Shown piece after piece: positions 10,646 through 24,299 of a stretch of DNA of 64,000 nt. The DNA comes from Octopus sinensis (Eukaryota), in contig NC_043000.1 of NCBI RefSeq assembly GCF_006345805.1, positions 131,812,001-131,876,000 on the forward strand, written 5' to 3'. Position numbers and translations under genes: made by a program. The notes below the pieces were generated by a model that saw only the letters and a list, made by a program, of their open reading frames with translations, was not told the origin of the DNA and ran no database searches. Each line of letters starts with the position of its first letter. Positions within the stretch are counted from its first letter, which is position 1.

Positions 10646-13470
10646 TGTGTACAGTGTCAGGTGCACTACAACTCATCTAAAGTGTATATATAATCAGGTG
10701 TAGTTTCGGCGGATTTCGGAAAGCATGAGGGCCTTAAAAGATGCAGTGTCGTGGCAGTCAACAACTGACGCAGGCAGTTTATTCCATGCTTCAGCAACTC
10801 TGAGCGTGAAAAAATATTTCCGAAAGTCATGGGAGCTGTATTGTTTTCTGACTTTGTAGGCATGTCCACGTGTGTTAGACACATGGAGATCAAAAAGGTG
10901 TTCAGTGTTGTTGTTGGTGAGGTGGTTGATAACTTTGTGGGTGTTTACCAAGTCCGTCGCCAAACGCCGGAGCTTCAGTGAATCCATGCCCAGGGAAACA
11001 AGGCGCTCAGAATATGGTAGGTGTCTGATGGAGGGTATGCGTTTGGTTGCACGTCTCTGGACAGATTCCAGGAGGTCAATGTTCTGTGCAAGATAGGGGT
11101 TCCAAACTGATGATGCGAATTCCAAGTGTGGTCGTACCATAGCTGTATACAGTTTTAAATAGATGGCTGGAGAGCGGCTAACAAAAGACCTGCTGAGTGA
11201 TGCCAAGACACCCTCGGCCTTCCTGACAATCTTAGAGATATGCTTTGACCAACGCAAATCACTGCTGACAGTGATGCCTAGGTCACGCTCGCAAGAGGAT
11301 TTCTTGATATCAGTGTTGTGGAGGGAGTATGTGAACGCAGGGTTTTTTCTCCCAAAATGCATGGTGGTACACTTGTCCACAGCCAGTTTCAGTTGCCAGT
11401 CTGTGATCCATTGCTGCATTGTGTCTAGGTCTGATTGCAGGAAAGAGTTGTAGACATCAGGATCTGTCCTCTTGATTTCAAGGTACAGCTTGATGTCGTC
11501 TGCATATTTCAATACTGTGGCATTCTTTAAATTGGCATCTATGTCGTTAATGTATGCCACAAACAAGAGGGGACCAAGGACAGATCCCTGTGGTACACCC
11601 GATGACATCTCATATGGTGTAGAGTGCTGTCCTAGAACTGTGACTACCTCCTTTCGGCTGAGGATGAAGGATTTCAACCAGTTAAAAAGGTCATCCCCCA
11701 CACCCATTGCAGAGAGTTTCACCATAAGCCTTTTGTGTGGCACAGAGTTGAAAGCCTTAGCAAAGTCAAGGTAGACAACATCCACCCATGAGCCACTGTC
11801 AGTAATCTGAGTAATGTCCTCAAGGAACTCGACAAGCTGGTCACTGCAGCTGGAGTTAGGGACAAATCCATATTGTGAGGGTCGGATGAGACTGTGAGAG
11901 CTCCAGAAGTTCCAGAGTGTTTCTCTGACACACGATTCCATCAGTTTTGCAATACAGCTAGTGAGACTGACTGGGCGATAGTTGACAGGTGATGTGCGGT
12001 CGCCCTTTTTGAACAGAGGAATGACACTGGCAGTTTTCCACTGCTCCGGAGTAGCACCATTGTTGAGACAGTACTGGAAGAAAATAGAAAGCTGGTGTAA
12101 AAGGAAGTGCCTGCCACGTTTGAGAAGCAGGTATGTAACTCCATCGAGACCAGGGGAGGCATAGTTGCGCTTATTTTGAAGGTGACGTCGCAGCATTGCA
12201 GGTGTAAATTCCATAGTTGTTATGGAGTTTGCTGTTAGTGATGGTGAAGATGGTACATTTTGACTTTCAACAGTGAATATGTTTGCATAGCACTCGGCAA
12301 TGAGTTCTGCGCATTCCTTGGGGTCGTCAGTGATCTGGTTTGTGTGAGGGTTGCGAAGAGGGCCCACTGGAGAGTGAGGTCTCTGCTTTGAGTGCACATA
12401 TTTCCAAAAACCTTGCTGTCAGGATTGGCTGCTATGCACTGTTCAAATTCAAGCACTGCTTTTTTTGTCACTTGCTTGAGATGGTTGGAGGATTTATTCC
12501 GCTTCTTCCTGTTGGTGTCTGATTTATGCAACCTGTATTCCCGTTCAGCAGTCCGACGTTCCCTCCTGGCAAGTCGGACCGCTGAAGTTTCCCAAATTGC
12601 CCTTTTGGGGCGGTTCTTCTTTTTTTGTTTACGTGGCACTGATGCTGCACATGCTGCCCATATTGAGTCCAGGATACTCTGGAGTATAGTATTCACATCT
12701 CCAGAGTTGTAGAATTCACGCCAGTTTGGGTGCTGTAGTTCAGTGTGGTACAGGTTCCAATCTGCTCTCTTCCAATCGAAGGAAGCAGATTGGAGATGGT
12801 TCAGGTTTTTGTTGCCCGCAAGAGCCAGATTGGCGATGATCATAGCATAATCAGAGTCACCTAGAGGTTCCTCCGTAGTGCAATTGATAACCGCTTCAGG
12901 AGTTGTGGTGAAGAGCACCACAAGGTGTTGTCGCCTCTTGTTGGAGAGGTGACTACTTGTGACGGGTTTGAGTCCAGCACAAGCTCAACAAAATCGTTTG
13001 CACTCTGTGGCCAATGGAAGGTCTCCCAATCGATCTCAGGATGATTGAAATCGCCTGCAATAAACACATAAGTGGCTGTTTTCCTGGCAGCAGCTCGGAG
13101 GACATTGCAAAGCTGTGTGTCCCGATGGTAACTTGGGGACGATAAACAACGCCAAGCAGGAGTGTTGACATGGTCATACGCACGTCACAGAAAAAAACTT
13201 CTTGTGATTCGTTCAAATCGGCACAAGGAATTACCAAAAAATTTGAACGAACGTAGACCATCACACCACCACCACGGCGGTTAGTGCGGTCCTTACGGAA
13301 GAGGTTGTACCCCGTAATGTTGAAAACCCCATCACAGAGTAAGGAATGCGCCCATGTTTCCGTGACAGTGATGAAGTCAGGGTCAACACTTCTGACGTAG
13401 GCGTTGAACAAATGTATTTTGTTGCATAAACTGCGAGCATTTAAGGACAACAATTTGTACCCTGCTCGCA
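10617..13470 (-). mobile_element. CR1-clade LINE, ORF2 (APE + RT) essentially complete, with (TTA)n 3' tail
   Basis: APE motifs LSLNARSL, VTETW, IAGDFNHP; RT motifs GVPQGSVLGP and YADD; CR1-type C-terminus TRGH...FF.LRV..WN.LP. The 5S spacer is continuous on both sides. Confidence 0.93.
10694..12397 (-). CDS. Reverse transcriptase part of LINE ORF2 (567 aa; upstream APE part in shifted frames up to 13453)
   Basis: ORF track; non-LTR RT motifs. Confidence 0.85.
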   Translation of the reverse strand: MHSKQRPHSPVGPLRNPHTNQITDDPKECAELIAECYANIFTVESQNVPSSPSLTANSITTMEFTPAMLRRHLQNKRNYASPGLDGVTYLLLKRGRHFLLHQLSIFFQYCLNNGATPEQWKTASVIPLFKKGDRTSPVNYRPVSLTSCIAKLMESCVRETLWNFWSSHSLIRPSQYGFVPNSSCSDQLVEFLEDITQITDSGSWVDVVYLDFAKAFNSVPHKRLMVKLSAMGVGDDLFNWLKSFILSRKEVVTVLGQHSTPYEMSSGVPQGSVLGPLLFVAYINDIDANLKNATVLKYADDIKLYLEIKRTDPDVYNSFLQSDLDTMQQWITDWQLKLAVDKCTTMHFGRKNPAFTYSLHNTDIKKSSCERDLGITVSSDLRWSKHISKIVRKAEGVLASLSRSFVSRSPAIYLKLYTAMVRPHLEFASSVWNPYLAQNIDLLESVQRRATKRIPSIRHLPYSERLVSLGMDSLKLRRLATDLVNTHKVINHLTNNNTEHLFDLHVSNTRGHAYKVRKQYSSHDFRKYFFTLRVAEAWNKLPASVVDCHDTASFKALMLSEIRRNYT

Positions 13471-13901
13471 GTTTATGATAGTGGATTCAATTTGTTTTCA
13501 TTATTGAATACAGAATTCTACTCGTATATTTACCAAATCAAGCGCGTGGGAACATCTTGTATGGCTGTTCTTTATTTATGAACCTTGTTGACAGTGATAG
13601 TTGTCCACTTAGGTTTATTAAAGTTTTTGTATGAAGATGTTGAAAATATGTTCATTCTTTTTAAAATGTAGTTTTCTTTTAATTTTCGCTTACTACACAT
13701 ATTACACTTTTGGCGAAGTTTCGTTTGTCGTACAGCTCTGTGATGATGAGACAATGTCACAGACTCCCTCATGATATTACAAACTTCAACGAAAGATTGC
13801 GTTAAATCGTATATAAATTTTAAAGAGAATAAACTTGTTCTATAATAAAAAGTTTTAGTATCAGTTTATAGAATAAATATCTTAAAATTTACTGCTCTAA
13901 T

Positions 13902-13998
13902 ACTTACGGCCATATCACGTTGAAAGCACCGCTTCTCGTCCAATCACCGAAGATAAACAATATCGAGTCTTGTTAGTACTTAGATGGGTGACCGCTGG
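13902..13998 (+). pseudogene. Degenerate, 3'-truncated 5S rRNA
   Basis: ACTTACGGCCATATCACG... with many substitutions; breaks off after GTGACCGCTGG. Confidence 0.88.
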
Positions 13999-14969
13999 GT
14001 CCATTTACTTTTTTTTTTTTTAGTTGTAATTTGACCTGCAATCTATCTTCATTATTGAATACAGAAATCCATAATTTAACAAAATCGAGCGGGTGGGAAC
14101 CTCTTGTATGGCTGTTCTGTATTCATTAACCTTGTTGACAGTGATTATCAAGGGTTTTCCCGTGAAGATGTTGAAAGTACCTTTCATGTAGCGACTGAAG
14201 AAGGGGTTTTTCTTTGTGTTAATTGTCCTGTACTCTATTTTTTTGTTGTTTAAAAAAATGTCCAGTTCCTTTGGTTTGTGTCTATGTTTTCGTTTCTCAT
14301 TGTGTTCGACGACTTTTTGGTGTCCTGTACTCATATATGCGTGTATATGTACATGTAGAGGTAGGTATGCATATGTTTTATTTATTAATATATTATATGA
14401 CGAAACGCACGCATCCCCCTTTTTAAGTAAGATTGTTCTTTACACTAAGTTTTGTTCTTGATATTAACTTTGATGCGCACTCTTAACCTTTCTGTCCATC
14501 CCTTTCTCAGCCTTCATTCTTTGATTTCCTTTTCCTCTACTTAACTTGTCTCTTCCTCTCTCTCACTCTCCCCCTCTTCATTCTTCATTGTTTCCTCACA
14601 ACCATTCCCCTTCTTCTCTTGCTCCTCCTCCCCCTCCCGTCGTTGACCCGCGACGAGACTTCCGCTACTGTCTTACCAGCCTTTACCCTCTCGAGGTATG
14701 GACGACAATTCTTTTTGCTCCGCTCGTCGTTCACAAAAAAATCCGCGTTCGCAATACTTGTTTTCGTTCGGCGTTAACAGCCCTTCTTATCTTGTTTTTC
14801 CTTGTCCTGTCTTTTACTGTTTATAATTTGTACTGTCGTTACTGTCCTGTTTTTGTTACCATTTTTTACCCCTCTGCGAAAAGATCCCAGAATTTTAATT
14901 GATTTGCTTTTCGCAGGAAGGAAAGTTTCTTGTCGAAGATACGTCTCGCTTTCACCTTTGACGCCGCTG

Positions 14970-15560
14970 AATTTTCCGAAACTCCTCACACCAAAAGCAC
15001 TTTCCTACAAAAGTTTTATATATTCGGAATCTACATACTATAACAAATATTCGTAGAATAATTAATTAAAGTTACGATCTACCAAGGTGGTGGGGCATGA
15101 ATCTGTAGTTATGCCGTTTCTCTATTCGTTTTACTCGTTAATCCGTTTTCTTCTCATTTTACAAATAATTTCCTCTATATCACATCTAACATCCGATGAT
15201 AGGTTTTCAGAGACAACAAACCAACATTTCAGTTTGAAAGTTATTATTTAAGACGAGGAAATATATTTTCCTAAAGTTTTTATGTTTTCGCTTCAAAATA
15301 ATTACTGTGACACCGAGAAGTTCACAGAATTCTATTAATTACATTGTTATTAGTAGTATTATTATCATCATTGTCAACTTACTGTATTCTGATAAAAACT
15401 GCAAATCACAGACCGATAACTAATTAGTCTAATTAATAATAATGATGTTAATTACAAAGCACCTTACACGCACGGAAGCCAGTAAGTGCATGACGTCATC
15501 AAGAGTGAAAGCGCGCCATTTCGTGGCCGACCTATCGACGGCCGGAATGAACTATTATAG
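14970..15560 (+). repeat. Cluster block X (promoter-like end with TGACGTCA at 15491-15498)
   Basis: Homologous to 24660-25560 (-), 32030-32880 (+), 40255-41030 (+), 41450-41915 (-) and to fragments at 29680-29830 and 46740-47160. Confidence 0.8.
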
Positions 15561-16484
15561 AAGTTATTTCCCTTCGTCTCATAGTATTTCTGTAATTCTC
15601 TCCTAGATGGCTCTACTGACTGGTGGGATTCCCTCCAGTATCCCCCTTAGTTTCATTCTATTAATATCTGTATTGTGTGTCAAGGCTCTAATTTGAGGGA
15701 ATGATTTGCCACAGATCTCGCACTGATATATCTTCTCTCCTGTAAGAATATATTTCTGTTTAGCTAAAACGCTAAATAGAAAATCTCACAGTGATAAAAT
15801 CTTTATTATGATCCTGAGATCGAACATAGAAAACGACATAACAGTACAAAGAATTACAAAAATGTTATATGAGTCTGAATGAAACTTTTTAAAAATTTAA
15901 TTATAATGAGAAATAAACGAATAATTGGCTTACTTTTGCCTGAAAAACAACTTTTGTGTGTTTGTTTGTATTTTTTTTAGAAATAGAACTAGGGATCAGA
16001 ATAGCAGGTTCAAGATTTGAACCCGGCACCCTTTTAAGCCCAGCAACTATTTTTTCCTTTCATTGATGATTAAGGTAGAAAGGGAACAGGGTCCAGATAT
16101 AGAGCAAAAAAAACAAGCACAATATTTTATTAATTATTCTTTATTCAGAAATTCCTATAACTGATGAAAGGAAAAAGCCTGTGTTTTAGCAGACCAAACA
16201 GTGTTAATTATTGTTATGACTTGATAAATTTTGACATTGAGACAGTAACATGTCTGAATACACACATGTTTATGCATGTGGCTTTTTTGAGAGAATGATT
16301 TGCCACACATGTCACACTGCCATGGCAACTCTCATGTAGGGATTCGTTCATGTAGAGTTAAGTTAGGTCTATGAGAGAATGCTTTAACACAGACACGACC
16401 ATTACATAGGTTGTGTCTGGTATGAAGATTTTCGTGTGTAGTTACAACACCATTTGCAAAAAATGAATTACAACTAATGCGGGA

Positions 16485-17732
16485 TTATGCCTTCTCTCCT
16501 GCATGTGTAGGCTTGTGATTAGTCAAGTGAGTGCTTTGAGAGAATGATTTACCACAGATCTCACAATGATAAGGTTTCTCACCAGTATGAAGGCGATTGT
16601 GAGTAACCAAATGACTATTTTGAGAGAATGATTTACCACAGATCTCACAATGATAAGGTTTCTCTCCTGTATGAAGGCGATTGTGAGTAACCAATTGACT
16701 ATTACGAGAGAATGATTTACCACAGATATCACACTGATATGGCTTTTCTCCTGTATGTGTAGGCTTGTGATTAGTCAAGTGAGTGCTTTGAGAGAATGAT
16801 TTACCACAGATATCACACTGATATGGCTTTTCTCCTGTATGTGTAGGCTTGTGATTAGTCAAGTGAGTGCTTTGAGAGAATGATTTACCACAGATATCAC
16901 AGTGATAAGGTTTCTCTCCTGTATGAATGCGTTTGTGTGTAACCAGATAACTATTATGAGAGAATGATTTACCACAGATATCACAATGATAAAGTTTATC
17001 TCCTGTATGAAGGCGATTGTGATCAACCAAATGACTTTTACATGAGAATGATTTACCACAGCTATCACAATGATATGGCCTCTCTCCTGTATGAATACGT
17101 TTGTGTCTTCGTAAGGCACTATTTTCAGAGAATGATTTACCACAGCTATCACAATGATATGGCCTCTCTCCTGTATGAATACGTTTGTGTCTTCGTAAGG
17201 CACTATTTTCAGAGAATGATTTACCACAGATATCACAGTGATAAGGTTTCTCTCCTGTATGAATGCGATTGTGAGCAACCAAATTACTATTACAAGAGAA
17301 TGATTTACCACAGATATCACACTGATATGGTTTTTCACCAGTATGAATCTTCTTATGGTTAGTTACATCTTTACGTTCACAGAATGATTTACCACAGATA
17401 TCACAATGATAAGCTTTCTCACTAGTATGAATGCGATTGTGAGTAACCAAATGATAATTACGAGAGAATGATTTACCACAGATATCACAGTGATATGGTT
17501 TCTCTCCTGTATGTGTACGTATGTGATCAGTCAAGTGAGTGCTTCGAGAGAATGACTTACCACAGATAGCACAATGATATGGCTTCTCTCCCGTATGTGT
17601 ACGTTTGTGTCTAACAATGTCACTATTGTAAGAAAATGATTTTCCACAGATATTACAGTGATGTGGCTTTTCCTCTTTATCAAGATTTTCTGATTCAGTT
17701 AAATTATTCATTATGAGAGAATTACTTATCAT
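16485..17732 (-). CDS. C2H2 zinc-finger protein, 14 tandem fingers, single coding exon
   Basis: CxxC...H...H fingers with TGEKPY linkers; first ATG at 17732; polypyrimidine-AG acceptor at ~18011. Confidence 0.9.
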   Translation of the reverse strand: MISNSLIMNNLTESENLDKEEKPHHCNICGKSFSYNSDIVRHKRTHTGEKPYHCAICGKSFSRSTHLTDHIRTHTGEKPYHCDICGKSFSRNYHLVTHNRIHTSEKAYHCDICGKSFCERKDVTNHKKIHTGEKPYQCDICGKSFSCNSNLVAHNRIHTGEKPYHCDICGKSFSENSALRRHKRIHTGERPYHCDSCGKSFSENSALRRHKRIHTGERPYHCDSCGKSFSCKSHLVDHNRLHTGDKLYHCDICGKSFSHNSYLVTHKRIHTGEKPYHCDICGKSFSQSTHLTNHKPTHTGEKPYQCDICGKSFSQSTHLTNHKPTHTGEKPYQCDICGKSFSRNSQLVTHNRLHTGEKPYHCEICGKSFSQNSHLVTHNRLHTGEKPYHCEICGKSFSQSTHLTNHKPTHAGEKA

Positions 17733-18010
17733 ACACTTCACAATGATAAAGTGTTTTTCATTTCCATAAATACATTTCCGTTCACTTTTGTCACTTCATT
17801 CAGATAACAATTTAATGCAATGTTTCTTCCATACATTCCACAGAAAGAAAAAATATTCCACTGTTCCTTGTTATAGACTGTATTTATATACAGAGGTAGA
17901 CTTATTCATGAATGCTCCTTATAAATATGCTGTCTTCATTTAGGTGATGAGAATATCAAAGACACTTCTGAATGGAGAGATTTCCTTCACATCAACATGT
18001 TGTGATATTC

Positions 18011-19735
18011 TGAAATAGGAAAAGAAGCAGTTAGATAAAACTGGATAGTTGACCAACATAAGTAATTCAACATTGCAGATTTTATATCACTACCATTGTC
18101 ATGCATTTACTGTCCATGCTTGCATAAGTAGATTGAGTTGGAAGGTGTTAGAAGCTAATGGGAATGGAGCTAGCCAAAACGAAAATGTAGTGGGCATAAC
18201 ATGACCAGAGTAGTGAGTTGATGCCATCCAGAATTTCGCAGAGCAAAGTTGCCACAAGTGAAATGGGCTGTTTATCAAGTGATCAGAGTTAATGATGAAG
18301 AAGCATTGTTACTCGTCTGCCGCCTTTCCGCTAACTAATTAAAACTCTCACTTCTCTTCATGGGCACTGAACTTCCCTCTAGGATCCATATGTGCCCACC
18401 CTGATGGGCTGAAGAATGACATAGCAGAACAGTGCTATGGTGTCACAAGTAAAATAGCTTTCCTGACTTGCTACAATATTAAATACTGGCAGAATCACTA
18501 AAATGCCGGATTAACAGCATTTCGTTCATAAATAGCTTTGTCAAACTAGAGATAAAAGCAATCAGGAATGGGAGTGTGTCTGTGCATTGTTTGTTTCTCT
18601 TCAATCAGGTACACACTGTGAGAGTGCGTACGATCGATCATTTGAGCATCCAGATGCCCCTCCCACCTAACCAGGAGTCCCTTCTCTGAAGACCAGCTTG
18701 CTAGCTAGCCCACAGTGAAGGTCCCTCTTTATATTTCGTCTGTCATGAGTTGGTGCCCCAAAAGTCTTTCCTTTCAAAGTATGACTTCCACTCAGGTCGA
18801 CTTTCATCCTTTCGAGGTAAATAAAATAAGTAGTAGAGCACTCGAGTCCCTAAAGTTAACTCGTCCCCTTCCTACAAATTTCAGGTTCTGTACTTAAAAA
18901 TACAAAAAAAAATCATTATTATTATTATTATCATCAACATTAATATTTTATAAACCCCAAAAAGTAGAGTCGGCTCATGGAGCAAAATCCTGACTCCAAA
19001 TACATCTTACAATTTCATGAGTCCTTCATTAAAAAAGGGGACAACGGTAATTATTCTCCTTCCTCTTGCAGGTGTTACGACCACTCATGGAAATGGTGAC
19101 ACATGTCTTTGTGAGCAGGGAGGATTTCTTCAGTACAATCAATAGCTGCAAACCCTCTGAAGACCTCACAGTTGTGTCAGGGTAGAATGGATATAATTCG
19201 CCTCTACCCATCTATAGACAGAGATTTTGTTGTAGGGTGCTCGTAAAGACAAGAACATTACATACGTTGGTGAGACATCTAGAAGCATTGCAGAGGGATG
19301 AAATAAAAATTAGAGGCAGCATGATCACATAACCAGTCCTCCATAATCTAGCAAAGGTACTACTCAAAAAGAATGGTCCCGGGGCGCGCACTTGTGCTAG
19401 TTTATCGTGACTGGTCGATCCTTCAACGACTACCTAGCGCGAGTATGCAAATTAACAGATGCGCGCATAATAATATATGTATATAATGGCTGAATATATA
19501 TCAAATAAAATGGGTTTTGTCTTAAACAAAGTAAATAAAAGACTCAACAAAAGAAATTACTTACTTTGTGTTTTATTTTCTTTGTTTAAAAAAAATTATT
19601 TGTTAAAAAAAACCTCATACATGTCTAGCGTATGCGAGTGTGATTTTTAGTTGCGCACTCGCGTTACGTAGTCTTTGTAAGATCCACTAGTCACGACTAG
19701 CTAGCACCGGGGCCACGCTTGTATAAAAGTACCCA
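18011..19735 (-). promoter_or_regulatory. Block Y: intron and upstream region of the ZNF gene, with two CpG-rich modules (19374-19452, 19653-19717)
   Basis: Paralogous to 26205-27930, 35780-37195 and 52084-53810, always in the same orientation relative to the ZNF exon. Confidence 0.7.
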
Positions 19736-19809
19736 TATAATTATATATATATATATATTTTTTGTATATATATATTTTATATATAGAAATATTGTATATA
19801 TCTATATTG

Positions 19810-19844
<35 letters not shown>

Positions 19845-19850
<6 letters not shown>

Positions 19851-22800
19851 AATGGATCACGTACCCCGGTGAACGACCAGGTAGTGAAGGATAGGGGAGC
19901 CAAGGCAGCAGAAACCGGAAGCCCCCCTGTACCAGTGGTCCTACGAAGAAATAAGAAATTAGAAAAACAGAAGAAAAAAGGAAGGACCAAAAACAAAAAT
20001 AAGGAGGGAAAAGGAGGAAAAGGCAAAACAACCAAAGCTGAAACCCCAACCCCCCACAGCAGAGAACTCCATGGAGGATCCAATGCCACCCAGTACACTT
20101 CAGGAAAGAAGAAATCTGGAAGGCACCGAAGAACCTGTAAGATCTACATGCGGGGCAAATGTTGGCATGGTGAGGATGGTAAAAACTGCCGGTTCACCCA
20201 CCCAACAGAACTTTAGAGGACTCAAAGAGAAAAACTTTGCCGAGGGAACACAAGAAATGTCTCCCAGGAAAACTTTCAAAAACGAAGTGCGCTCCTCAGA
20301 TGTTCTGCGCAACGCAGCAGCTGAGCAGGAGTCTTTTTTATGCATAGCACAAAGAATTGTCCGGCAGCTAACCTGGCTACACCATGCACAGAGAAGGAAC
20401 CCTGCCCACCACTATGCAAGACCACCACAGTCAACAGACACGGGATGGCCTCCCCTAACGCCTGCACAGCCGTCACCCCAATACTTTTACTAAATATTGG
20501 GGGCCTGTTGCATCAAAATAGTAACAAAATTTCTTTCCTGAGAGATCTTACTGCATGCAATCAAGCCCTATGCATAGCACTTGTGGAAACTCACCTCAAC
20601 CCTGATATAGAGGACGCAGAAGTAGACATACCAAACTATGCCATACTGCGAAAAGACAGAAGGGAAAATACATGGTGGAGTTGCTGTATACATCCGAGAT
20701 GACCTCACACCCCAGGTCTTGATGACATACTCAAATTCGGTATGTGACAACTTAATTGTATACATAAGACAACATAATATAGTCATATGCAATACATATT
20801 GCCCACCGGATGCCCCAAATCACATAGGCAAGTTTGAAGATTGCCTCGCCAGAATTAAAGAAATCCTCATGAATCTGGAACACCACGTGACCATATTTCT
20901 TATGGGTGATTTCAACTTCCCCAACGTCAAATGGCCCGAAGGTCACATACTCTCAGGAATGAATCATTGCAAGCAAATACAGGTGGAGTCCCTGCTCAAC
21001 CTCACCAATGCCTTATTCATGGAGCAAGTTGTACTCAAGCCAACTAGGGCGAATAACATTCTGGATCTCTGCTTCACGAACAATATGGACATCATTCATG
21101 ATGTGAAAGTGACACCGACATCAGTTTCGGATCACAACATAATAGAGCTGTCTATGTTTGGGCCAAAAGTAACCAGAGACATACAGCCTAAAGGAAGCAC
21201 CCGAAATCTCTCCAATCTGAACTTCCACAAAGCAGATTGGAAATCGATCCAAAAAGAGATCCTCAGAGAGGACTGGCCGGAATGTCTCACCACACCAGAC
21301 ATTGACATGAAACTAGAATGTTTCATGTCTTCTGTGCAAGCCGTATGCCAGAAATATGTCCCAGAGCACAAGGCCAAAACAAATAGGAGCAAGATTCCAA
21401 GAGACAGGAAGATCCTCATGAGACGACGGACGAAGGTTGCAAATGGTCTCAACCAACATCCCAAAAGTAGCGAAACGTCCCGCCTAAAAACAACACTGAT
21501 GGAGATCGAAAAAAGGCTGCAACAATCTTATGTGAAGGAGAAAGCAGGCAAAGAAGCCTGGGTTATAAAAAACATTAAATCAAACCCAAAGGCCTTCTTT
21601 CATTACGCAAAAGAAACAGTCTCAGTGCACTACAAGATAGGACCCCTCCTCCAAAAGGATGGCTCCCTCACAGACAGTCCAACTAAGATCAGTGAGATGC
21701 TGAATGACCAGTTCAAAAGTATCTTTACCACCCCGTTGGAACACAGACAAGTGAACGAACTAGTGGACTTCTTTGCCGCCTCACCTATAACCAGTGAGGC
21801 AGTTACAATAGAATGTATTGACATTAGCGAAAAAGATGTCCTACTAGCCATAGATGAAGTGGACACAAACTCAGCTGCTGGTCCAGATGGTTTCCCAGCC
21901 ATCCTCCTCAAAGCGTGTAAGCATGCCCTGGCAAAACCCCTCAAGATTCTCTTCCAGAGCTTTCTTGAGAATGGCAAACTGCCAAGCAAGCTGAAGGAGG
22001 GAATAATATGCCCAATACATAAAGGGGGAAGTAGAGCAGATGCCAAAAACTATAGGCCTATCTCTCTGACTTCACACATCAGCAAAGTCATGGAAAGGAT
22101 AGTCAGGAAGAAACTAATCGCATTCCTTGAGGAAAATAACTTGCTGAGTGATACCCAGCATGGTTTTCAACCAGGTAGGAGCTGCCTGACCCAGCTCTTA
22201 CAGCATTATGACTGGGTGTTGAGGCAGTTACTCAACAAATCAAATGTGGATGAAATCTACCTTGATTTTGCAAAAGCTTTTGACAAGGTGGATCATGTTA
22301 TGATATGCCACAAACTGCGTGACCTCGGCATAGCTGGAAAACTTGGAGTGTGGTTGCATGATTTCCTGAAAGATAGGAGTCAGGCAGTAGTGGTTAATGG
22401 AGCCACCTCTATGAACACACAAATAGTGAGCGGTGTTCCACAGGGCACTGTCTTGGGACCACTGCTTTTTATAGTGGCCCTCTCAGATATGTCCTCAAAT
22501 GCCCGGATAGCCACTCTGGTATGTTATGCAGACGATACGAAAGTCTCGCAGAAAATACAGAACCCCAACGATGTTGCACACCTGCAGCAAGAGTTGGACT
22601 CAATCTACAGATGGGCTGAGGATAATAATATGCAGTTTAATGCCGAAAAATTCCAGGCCCTGAGCTACAAGCATCCAAAACTGAATATTAAACTTACAGG
22701 ATACACCGGTCCACAGGGAATTTCAGTCCCAGAGCCTAAGTCTGTGAGGGACCTGGGTATCAACATGAGTGATGATACCTCTTTCCAAGTGCACATTACC

Positions 22801-23481
22801 AGGATGGCGACAAAGTGCAGATGACTGGCTGGGTGGATCCTAAGAACATTCAGAACCAGAGATAAGGAAACCATGATGGTCCTCTGGCGGACATTCGTCC
22901 TCAGCCACCTGGATTACTGCTCACAGCTATGGTCACCCACCAGTGTAAAATTAACAGCGGACCTTGAAGCAATCCAGAGAAGATTCACAAAGAAGATCGT
23001 CTCTTTGCAACAGCTAAGACTCTACTCCCTGGAGAGAAGACGGGAGAAATATGCAGTAATATATGTCTGGAAGATCCTGGAAGGAATTGTGCCAAATTTT
23101 GGCATTGTAGGCTACACCAATGCTAGAACAGGATGACACTGCATAGTGCCAAAGATCCCAGCAATGCCATCACGCTTAAGGACCAGCTTCTGCAACAGCC
23201 TGGGTTTCAAGGGCCCACAGCTTTTTAATATTCTCCCAAAGAGTCTGAGGAACTCGTACAAAGTAGATGTAGCGGTTTTTAAATCAAAGCTGGACATCTT
23301 CCTGTCAAGAGTCCCAGAAGAAACTACCTCACGTCAAGAGGTGCAAATGAGAGTAGCTATATTAAACTCAATTCTTCACCAAGTGCCACATATTAGAGGA
23401 GGTTCTTCGTAATAACAGTGTAGCACAAAACGGCGGTGCATCAGCATGGCCACAGCTCTGAACCGAAACTAAGAATAAAAA
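19845..23481 (+). mobile_element. Second CR1-group LINE family: basic/CCCH-finger leader, APE, RT; several stops and frameshifts; (TA)n on both sides
   Basis: ORFs 20340-20702 (LLNIGG, LVETHL), 20638-22824 (MGDFNFP, GVPQGTVLGP, YADD) and 22873-23412 (LDYCSQLWSP, LFNILP). Confidence 0.9.
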
Positions 23482-24255
<774 letters not shown>

Positions 24256-24299
24256 GGGACAATACAGGTCAAACAAAAGACAAAAATTTTATATGAGTT

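Noticed and set aside
15696-15745. Single finger-like relic ([15 protein letters not shown], minus strand) as a gene
   Set aside because: Isolated ~50-bp decayed fragment without an ORF.
16155-16200. CTGATGA in ZNF 3' UTRs (also ~33945) and in the RTE tail (~29235) as hammerheads
   Set aside because: No downstream GAAA-stem III-UH or stem I complement.
16523-17362. Repetitive ORFs overlapping ZNF genes (MIYHRYH..., ISVVNHSL...; also at 34.6, 42.8, 54.1 and 61.3 kb)
   Set aside because: Alternative or antisense frames of the 84-bp finger repeat; no independent evidence.
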